The notes under the pieces: model-generated
What the model was told of the DNA's origin: nothing
What the model saw: only the letters and a program-made list of their open reading frames with translations
Databases searched by the model: none
Shown: positions 42,869-49,498 of the stretch, piece after piece
Numbering within the stretch: the first letter of the stretch is position 1
How the letters are laid out: each line of letters opens with the position of its first letter
Translations under genes and position numbers: made by a program
DNA from: Minisyncoccota bacterium
GTDB lineage: Bacteria; Patescibacteriota; Minisyncoccia; Phycocordibacterales; PALSA-1337
NCBI GenBank assembly: GCA_041666915.1
Contig: JBAYFZ010000004.1
Span: 1 to 58,422 of the forward strand
Length of the DNA stretch: 58,422 nt
Reading direction: 5' to 3'

Positions 42869-43754
42869 TCTAAAGGTTAAAAAGATTACTACTTCAAAAA
42901 AAGAAGTAGTAATTGTTGCGTACGTACCAGTTTTACATGAAGGCTATAGAAGATTTTTTGAAAATCATTTGGAAGCCAAAACTTTGTATATTCTCGGTAA
43001 TGAAATAACAAAAGAGTTTGTACCTTTGGTGAAAGATATAAGAGCTTTGCCCGTAGAGGTTGTAAAGACTTCTTTGGAATCGTGGCATAGGTTCAAAAAG
43101 ATTGAAATTATTGAATCTTGTGATTGGGATAAAATTTCTAAAGGAAATAGAGAAATAATAATGCCAGATGATGAAGTTATGAGAGATTTGAAAGGTAAAT
43201 TTTTACCTGATTCAAAAGTTGTTTTTGATACGATATTTTTGCGATGGGATAAGCATAAATCAAGCCAAGGTCACCCCGTTGAGATAGATCAGAAGATTTC
43301 AGTTAAGGATTCCGATAAGCAAATGATTAAGCTTCTACGAAAAGAAGCTGAAAAGAGCTCGGATTTTTGGAGACAGATAGGTGCGGCGATTGTTAAGGAT
43401 GGAAAAATATTATTTATGAATCATAATCATTCTGTACCTTCAGAATTTATGCCTTATGTTGAAGGTGATCCTAGGAGTGATTTTCATAAAGGTGTAAATG
43501 TTGAATTATCTACAGTTCTTCACGCTGAGGCGGGTCTGATCGCTGAAGCCGCCAGAGAAGGAGTCTCTCTGGAAGGTGCAGAGATGTACGCAACAACTTT
43601 TCCTTGTCCTCCTTGCGCGAAGATGATCGCTTATTCTGGAATCAAAAAACTTTATTACGCTGATGGTTATGGAGTCTTGGATGCGGATAGAATACTCAAA
43701 AGTAGGGGGGTTGAAATTATTTTTGTGGAGACAAAAGAAAACGGCCACAATTAA
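42849..43754 (+). CDS. dCMP/cytidine deaminase with an extra ~150-aa N-terminal domain
   Basis: The C-terminal half has VLHAEAGLI and TFPCPPCAKMI (the zinc site). The N-terminal half is unrecognised, though VPVLHEGYRRFFE faintly resembles an HxGH nucleotidyltransferase motif. Confidence 0.7.
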   Translation: MPVKRNNLKVKKITTSKKEVVIVAYVPVLHEGYRRFFENHLEAKTLYILGNEITKEFVPLVKDIRALPVEVVKTSLESWHRFKKIEIIESCDWDKISKGNREIIMPDDEVMRDLKGKFLPDSKVVFDTIFLRWDKHKSSQGHPVEIDQKISVKDSDKQMIKLLRKEAEKSSDFWRQIGAAIVKDGKILFMNHNHSVPSEFMPYVEGDPRSDFHKGVNVELSTVLHAEAGLIAEAAREGVSLEGAEMYATTFPCPPCAKMIAYSGIKKLYYADGYGVLDADRILKSRGVEIIFVETKENGHN

Positions 43755-43784
43755 GTGACCGTTTGTTGTTCTGTTTGCTAATTA

Positions 43785-44369
43785 TTAACCGAGACGATCT
43801 TTGACCAGTTCTTGTTCTTCTGGAGAAAGTGATTCAAAAGGCGTTCCCAAACGCATTTTTTCGTAAATCGCAACGACTTTCCAGTGCCAAAGAATCTTAT
43901 CTTTATCTTTTGCTAAGGTCACTTCCAATTTTCCATTACCGTCTGGTACTTGGATGTTGCAATGAAGATGACGAATGGTGCCAGCGTTGAATAGTGGATC
44001 TCCAAATCGCATTGTGACACCGCCACCAGGTAGTTCGAATTCTATGTCTGCCCAATTAAACACATCCACTAAATCAGCACCTTCATCACGCCTCAATTGT
44101 CTTACATGAGTAATGTGCCTCTTACAAGGAATAACTAAATGAAGTGCGGTATTCTTTTTTCCTAGGACAGGATTAACCCACGCCCTCCACGAATCGTTTT
44201 CATAAAGGATTTCATTGATTTTGTGATCAATCTGACAGAATGGACAAATCCCTTCCTGTAAGTTTTTGACCATGAGGCAATAGTATTTGTAGCTTCCTAC
44301 AAAGAGTAGTGAGCCTATGTCCATCCGATCAATTCCTGGTATTGATAACAACGGATTTTGTATTTCCAT
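43785..44369 (-). CDS. HIT-superfamily protein with an H-x-H-x-N motif (GalT/Ap4A-phosphorylase-like branch)
   Basis: N-terminal CPFC and C-terminal GTIRHLHCNIQVP. The ATG at 44369 is preferred to the TTG at 44411. Confidence 0.55.
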   Translation of the reverse strand: MEIQNPLLSIPGIDRMDIGSLLFVGSYKYYCLMVKNLQEGICPFCQIDHKINEILYENDSWRAWVNPVLGKKNTALHLVIPCKRHITHVRQLRRDEGADLVDVFNWADIEFELPGGGVTMRFGDPLFNAGTIRHLHCNIQVPDGNGKLEVTLAKDKDKILWHWKVVAIYEKMRLGTPFESLSPEEQELVKDRLG

Positions 44370-44451
44370 AACTATCTCTCTTTCTTCTGATTGTTGTAAC
44401 GTCCAAAACAACCTTATAATAGGTTTAAGTGGTTGTCAATTTAGTAATAAA

Positions 44452-44925
44452 CTAACCCTTCTTATAATTTTTCGGTTGACCAAATTTGAATTTCCAAGAT
44501 TCCTCTGGGGCTAGTGCTTCTAAATCTGGTTCTATAAGGTGAGCGTGAAGATGTAGGACACTATTGCCATATGAACCATGTTCTGGATTGCTACCAAAAC
44601 GAATAGCGATACCTCCGCCGGGTATGTTCCTTTTTACTGCTTCAGTTTGGAACATTTCTATAAGTTCAGTGCCAGCCACTGGATCCATCTCAGAGATATG
44701 TTCTATGTGAGTCTTGTATATAGCTAGTAACTGATGTTTGATCTTTTCGTAAGGCCATTGGTTGTCAGTGAGAATCCAATATTTACCTTCTTTTAAAATA
44801 GGATTTTTGTGATATTTCAGTAGATTTTCTGTACAAAAAGGACAATGATTTTGATCAGCTATTTCATTCATAACCTCAGTCTGATCTTTTCGTCTTACAT
44901 TATCCAAGATAATAAATTTTTTCAT
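44452..44925 (-). CDS. HIT-family protein with a canonical histidine triad
   Basis: N-terminal CPFC and C-terminal NSVLHLHAHLIEP. The ATG at 44925 lies 1 nt after the thyA stop. Confidence 0.7.
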   Translation of the reverse strand: MKKFIILDNVRRKDQTEVMNEIADQNHCPFCTENLLKYHKNPILKEGKYWILTDNQWPYEKIKHQLLAIYKTHIEHISEMDPVAGTELIEMFQTEAVKRNIPGGGIAIRFGSNPEHGSYGNSVLHLHAHLIEPDLEALAPEESWKFKFGQPKNYKKG

Positions 44926-44926
44926 A

Positions 44927-45838
44927 TTATATTGCCACAGGTATACCTTTGATGCCTGGGTGTGGAGCGTAATCTGAAAGAGTGAAATCTTCTTTTCTAA
45001 AATCAAACAAATCTTTTTTGTCAGAATTTATGATCATTGTAGGGAAAGATTTTGGCTCACGACGAAGCATTTCTTCTACGGCTGGTATTTGATCTACGTA
45101 AATATGAGCATCAGAAATAGTGTGGATGTATTCATAAGGCTCAGTACCGGTTGCCCGTGCAATAGCCATGAGTAGGGCAGCGTATTGGATCATGTTTGCT
45201 GGTACTCCTACTGGCACATCGCCAGAACGTTGGATCATATGCAGAGTTAGTTTATTATCCAAAATTCTCAAGTGAATCCAGCCGTGGCATGGTGCAACGA
45301 CGACTTTTTGTTGTTTTCCTGCACCACGAATAGTGTATTGAGGTATCCAAGGTGTGATGAAATGGGTTCGTAAATGAGGAAATTCTTTTATTTGTTCTAT
45401 AATGTTTTTGAATTGATTGTATGTGGAACCTTCGGATGTGGGGAAGTCGTGGAAGGCTGCTCCATAAGATCCTGGGCCAAGATCGCCGGTCTCTAGTCCA
45501 CGTTTTTTACATTTAGCTTCTGTACCCCAAGGAGCCCACCATGAACAACCAAATTCTTCTAACATTTTCAAAGTTCTAGCACCATTTATGAAAGCTAAAA
45601 TTTCGGCTACAGCTTGTTGCCAAATTGTTACCTTTAGCATCTCTGAAGTCTTGGGATTCATATTTCTCTCAGTAATCATTGGAAAACCATTTTCCAATTT
45701 GAAATGCATAGAACCAGGTCCCATGAGAGTGATAGCGTCTACTTCTTGTTGAGTCTTTGTTCGTACACCTTTTTCCAAAATCTGTTTGAGGATGTCCCGG
45801 TATTGTGTATCAGGTGTTCTTTCTGCAAATGGCTTCAT
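44927..45838 (-). CDS. thyA: Thymidylate synthase (ThyA type)
   Basis: VVVAPCHGWIHLRI (catalytic Cys), MIQRSGDVPVGVPANMIQYA. Confidence 0.95.
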   Translation of the reverse strand: MKPFAERTPDTQYRDILKQILEKGVRTKTQQEVDAITLMGPGSMHFKLENGFPMITERNMNPKTSEMLKVTIWQQAVAEILAFINGARTLKMLEEFGCSWWAPWGTEAKCKKRGLETGDLGPGSYGAAFHDFPTSEGSTYNQFKNIIEQIKEFPHLRTHFITPWIPQYTIRGAGKQQKVVVAPCHGWIHLRILDNKLTLHMIQRSGDVPVGVPANMIQYAALLMAIARATGTEPYEYIHTISDAHIYVDQIPAVEEMLRREPKSFPTMIINSDKKDLFDFRKEDFTLSDYAPHPGIKGIPVAI

Positions 45839-45902
45839 GTAAGTGGGATATTTTTGTTTATAATACAGCGATTATAACACTTTACTGCTTGCGAATAACT
45901 AG

Positions 45903-45931
45903 TTGACAGAAAACACCTATAGGTGTAAGGT
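45903..45931 (+). promoter_or_regulatory. Candidate promoter with an embedded 12-bp palindrome
   Basis: TTGACA-17 nt-TAAGGT. The spacer contains the perfect palindrome CACCTATAGGTG (45914-45925). Confidence 0.4.
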
Positions 45932-46045
45932 TATATAAGTAGTACTTTTGATTTCTGCTTTTCTTCGCAGTACTTGCCGTCCATATGTGTTCATGTTGAC
46001 GTTCCTGAGTGGTTGGTACTGAAGCGAGTAGGTTAGGGTGTGGGT

Positions 46046-46087
46046 GGGTCCGTCGCATTGTGCATTTTGCGACGGACCCCTTTTTTT
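46046..46087 (+). terminator. Strong intrinsic terminator 28 nt upstream of the glyA start (leader attenuator or sRNA end)
   Basis: An 11-bp stem GGGTCCGTCGC / GCGACGGACCC with a 12-nt loop, followed by C and TTTTTTT. There is no plus-strand gene upstream. Confidence 0.7.
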
Positions 46088-46114
46088 ACACGGACAATAT
46101 GATACGATTGGGGC

Positions 46115-47344
46115 ATGAAAGACACACAAATAAAAAAGCTCATAGAAGCTGAAAAGAAACGACAGAAGAAAGTTATCAATCTGATCGCTTCAGAAAACTA
46201 TGTTTCCAAAGATGTGTTAGAGGCTCTCGGTTCCGAATTAACAAATAAATATGCAGAAGGGTATCCAGGTAAACGCTATTATGGTGGTAATGAGATAGTA
46301 GATAAGATTGAAAATGTTTGTATAGAGAGGGCTCTGAAACTTTTTGGTCTTAGTGGCCCCTCGACTGACGCTCGGGGCAATTCGCCTTTGGCAAATTGGC
46401 ATGTCAACGTTCAGCCACTTTCTGGTTCACCAGCAAACTTGGCGGTGTACACAGGTTTGGTGCCTCAAGGTGGAAAGATCATGGGTATGTCACTTGCTCA
46501 AGGTGGACATTTGACTCATGGACACAAAGTCTCGGCAACGGGAAAGTTTTGGCAACAAATACCTTATGGTCTAGATTCTGCGACTGAAGTTTTGAATTAC
46601 GATCAATTGAAAGAAACTGCCATGAAAGAAAAGCCAGCTATCATCGTCTCTGGTTTTACTGCCTATCCTCGTACGATTGATTGGAAAAAAATGCGCGAGA
46701 TCGCCGATACAGCAGGAGCTTTGATGATGGTGGATATGTCACATATTGCGGGCCTTGTCGCTGGTGGAGCCTATCCTTCACCTTTTGAATATGCGGACAT
46801 CGTCACAACTACTACTCACAAGACTTTGCGTGGTCCAAGAGCGGCTCTCATCTTCGTAAAGATTGATGCTCGTGAACTTGATAAAAAGATAGACAAAGCA
46901 GTTTTCCCAGGTCTCCAAGGTGGTCCCCATGAAAATCAAATTGCCGGAGTTGCAGTGGCTCTCAAAGAAGCCAATACTCCAGCTTTCAAAAAATATGCAA
47001 AACAAGTAGTAAAGAATGCTAGTGTTTTGGCGGTAGAATTATCTAACCTCGGTTGGCGTCTCATCTCTGGTGGTACGGAGACTCATCTTATATTGTTGGA
47101 TACTTGGAATATGGGTAACAAAAATGAAAAGGGTGCTGGTGGCGTCTCTGGACAAGAGGCTAGTTTGAAATTAGAAAAAGCTGGGATTATAGTAAATAAA
47201 AATGCCATTCCTTTTGACACTCGTCCACCAGCAGATCCATCTGGTATTAGGTTAGGAACAGCAGCAGAGACTACTCGTGGAAGAAAAGAAAAAGATTTCA
47301 AGGTTATTGCCAAAAAGATTGATGCGATTTTGAGGAAAAATTAA
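46115..47344 (+). CDS. glyA: Serine hydroxymethyltransferase
   Basis: LIASENYVS, VQPLSGSPAN, TTTTHKTLRGPR (PLP lysine). It carries a hairpin-repeat insertion at 46352-46379. Confidence 0.95.
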   Translation: MKDTQIKKLIEAEKKRQKKVINLIASENYVSKDVLEALGSELTNKYAEGYPGKRYYGGNEIVDKIENVCIERALKLFGLSGPSTDARGNSPLANWHVNVQPLSGSPANLAVYTGLVPQGGKIMGMSLAQGGHLTHGHKVSATGKFWQQIPYGLDSATEVLNYDQLKETAMKEKPAIIVSGFTAYPRTIDWKKMREIADTAGALMMVDMSHIAGLVAGGAYPSPFEYADIVTTTTHKTLRGPRAALIFVKIDARELDKKIDKAVFPGLQGGPHENQIAGVAVALKEANTPAFKKYAKQVVKNASVLAVELSNLGWRLISGGTETHLILLDTWNMGNKNEKGAGGVSGQEASLKLEKAGIIVNKNAIPFDTRPPADPSGIRLGTAAETTRGRKEKDFKVIAKKIDAILRKN

Positions 47345-47410
47345 TGAGAATTTTGGATAGATCGGGTGTTAAAGAATCAGAGACAATTAAATATATAAAT
47401 ATATAAAAGA

Positions 47411-47441
47411 AAAACGCAACATTCATGAATGTTGCGTTTTT
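47411..47441 (+). terminator. Rho-independent terminator
   Basis: ACGCAACATTC / GAATGTTGCGT palindromic stem followed by TTTTT. Confidence 0.8.
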
Positions 47442-47719
47442 GTAAATGACCCCCTTGCCCACATTAAAGAGGACGAGGTGAGCAAGAGGGGGAGACAGGT
47501 ATTTGAATTTTGAGAACTCATTTACCATACCTTGGAGCAACGTCAGTATGATGCGACAGGTTATCATGCATGCCACAGCGTACTATAGACGAGGTATGCC
47601 TAACGGCACGAAGTATTCGTCTCCAAAATCAAGGATCTAATCCATTGTCATCTTATGTGAGTCGTCCGTGTGTGTCAACGATAATTTCATTAGTATCTTA
47701 ATACCAGTAGTTGTGTCAA

Positions 47720-47747
47720 TTGACAGGTATTAGATATTTTGGATAAT
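47720..47747 (+). promoter_or_regulatory. Candidate sigma70-type promoter of argS
   Basis: TTGACA-16 nt-GATAAT, 39 nt upstream of the argS ATG. Confidence 0.5.
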
Positions 47748-47785
47748 TCGGGCAAAATACTGAATATTTTGCTAGAATACATCCC

Positions 47786-49483
47786 ATGAAAGAGAAATTG
47801 AGCGAATATCTGAAAGGGGTTGTATCAGTGTTTGGTGCTGATATTGCTGTACCAAATCTCGATTATCCGGAAAATCCAGAGCATGGGGATTTTTCGACCA
47901 ATACAGCTATGGCTAATGCAAAGAAATTGGGCATGTCACCCAAAGTTTTGGCCGACAAAATAGTTCTTGAATGTAAGAAGAATATGCCAGAATTTATCCG
48001 TGATATCAGTATCGCTGGTCCAGGATTCATTAATTTCTTTATTAAAGATCAGTTCATAGCCGAAGAAGTTTTGAATGTTGGAAAAAATTATGGAAAATTT
48101 GATAAAGAGAATGGTAAGAAAGTTTTGGTTGAATATACCGATCCAAACACTTTCAAAGTATTTCATATCGGCCATTTGATGAGTAATTCTATAGGTGAGT
48201 CACTTTCTAGACTCGTAGAATATTCTGGAACTTCTGTTACTAGGATTTGTTATCCATCAGATATTGGTTTGCATATAGCCAAGTCAGTTTGGGCTGTACA
48301 AAAACATATAGATGAAATGCCAAAAGAGTCAGCTCCAATACAAGAGAGGACAGATTTTTTGGGTAAGATGTATGTCTTTGGCACAAAAGCTTACGATGAT
48401 GATGCAAATGCAAAAACAGAAATAGATGCTTTGAATAAAGTTTTGTATGACAAGACAGATCCGAAGGTTAATGAATTATATGAAAAGGGAAGGAAGTGGA
48501 GTTTGGATCACTTTGAATTATTGTACAAAACATTGGGTACAAAATTTGATGATTATATTTACGAAAGTGAAATGGCTAGTATTGGACTTGCGACGGTCAG
48601 TTCCAATTTGGGAAAAGTTTTTGAAAAGAGTGAAGGGGCTGTTGTTTTCAAAGGAGAAGAATATGGTTTGCACACCAGAGTTTTCGTCAACGCTCATGGA
48701 ATACCTACTTATGAAGCCAAAGATCTTGGTTTGAATATAACTAAATTTAAAAAATATCCTACAACTGACCAATCAATAATAGTTACAGCTAGTGAACAAA
48801 ACGATTATTTTAGAGTTCTTACCAAAGTCATATCTTTGATTGATGAGAAGAATGGTTCAAAGACCAAGCATATTGGTCATGGCATGATGCGTTTCCTTTC
48901 TGGAAAAATGTCTTCACGTACAGGTAATGTCATAACCGCAGAAGCTTTGCTTCAGGATATAAAGGATTTGGTGAAAGAAAAGATAAAAGACCGAGAATTT
49001 TCTGCTGGAGAAGCCGAAGAATTGTCAGAAATGATCGCTGTTGGTGCTATCAAATATACGATCCTACGTTCATCTGTTGGTAGTGATATTATTTTTGATT
49101 CATCAGCTTCTATTTCTTTTGAAGGTGATTCTGGCCCATATCTCCAATATTCAGCTGTGAGAGCAAATTCCATTATAGAAAAAGCAGAGAAGGAGGGGAT
49201 TACAAAAGATATTATTTTGCCAGAATCGGTCAATCTCATTGAAAAACTCATTACCAGATTCCCAGACATCGTCATGCGAGCTAAGGATGGTTATGCTCCA
49301 CAAATTATCGCCAATTATCTCATCACTCTTTCCGGAGCATTCAATAGTTTCTACGCTTCACAAATTATTGTAGATAAAAATAATAAACTTTCTCCTTACT
49401 ACATCTCATTAACTAAAGCATTTCTTATTACTATGACAAATGGTTTGTGGATTTTGGGGATCAAAGTGCCAAAGAAGATGTAA
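47786..49483 (+). CDS. argS: Arginyl-tRNA synthetase
   Basis: Class I HIGH variant FHIGHLMS, MSSRTGN, and a C-terminal DALR-type anticodon-binding region. Confidence 0.95.
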   Translation: MKEKLSEYLKGVVSVFGADIAVPNLDYPENPEHGDFSTNTAMANAKKLGMSPKVLADKIVLECKKNMPEFIRDISIAGPGFINFFIKDQFIAEEVLNVGKNYGKFDKENGKKVLVEYTDPNTFKVFHIGHLMSNSIGESLSRLVEYSGTSVTRICYPSDIGLHIAKSVWAVQKHIDEMPKESAPIQERTDFLGKMYVFGTKAYDDDANAKTEIDALNKVLYDKTDPKVNELYEKGRKWSLDHFELLYKTLGTKFDDYIYESEMASIGLATVSSNLGKVFEKSEGAVVFKGEEYGLHTRVFVNAHGIPTYEAKDLGLNITKFKKYPTTDQSIIVTASEQNDYFRVLTKVISLIDEKNGSKTKHIGHGMMRFLSGKMSSRTGNVITAEALLQDIKDLVKEKIKDREFSAGEAEELSEMIAVGAIKYTILRSSVGSDIIFDSSASISFEGDSGPYLQYSAVRANSIIEKAEKEGITKDIILPESVNLIEKLITRFPDIVMRAKDGYAPQIIANYLITLSGAFNSFYASQIIVDKNNKLSPYYISLTKAFLITMTNGLWILGIKVPKKM

Positions 49484-49498
49484 TAGTGTAAAAATATC

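Noticed and set aside
45938-46087. Assigning the glyA leader to the ZTP (pfl) or T-box class.
   Set aside because: I could not find the ZTP core (ACUGGCG...CCGCCUGGGC) or a full T-box sequence and specifier loop. Only short suggestive strings are present. It is kept as an unclassified leader candidate in the findings.
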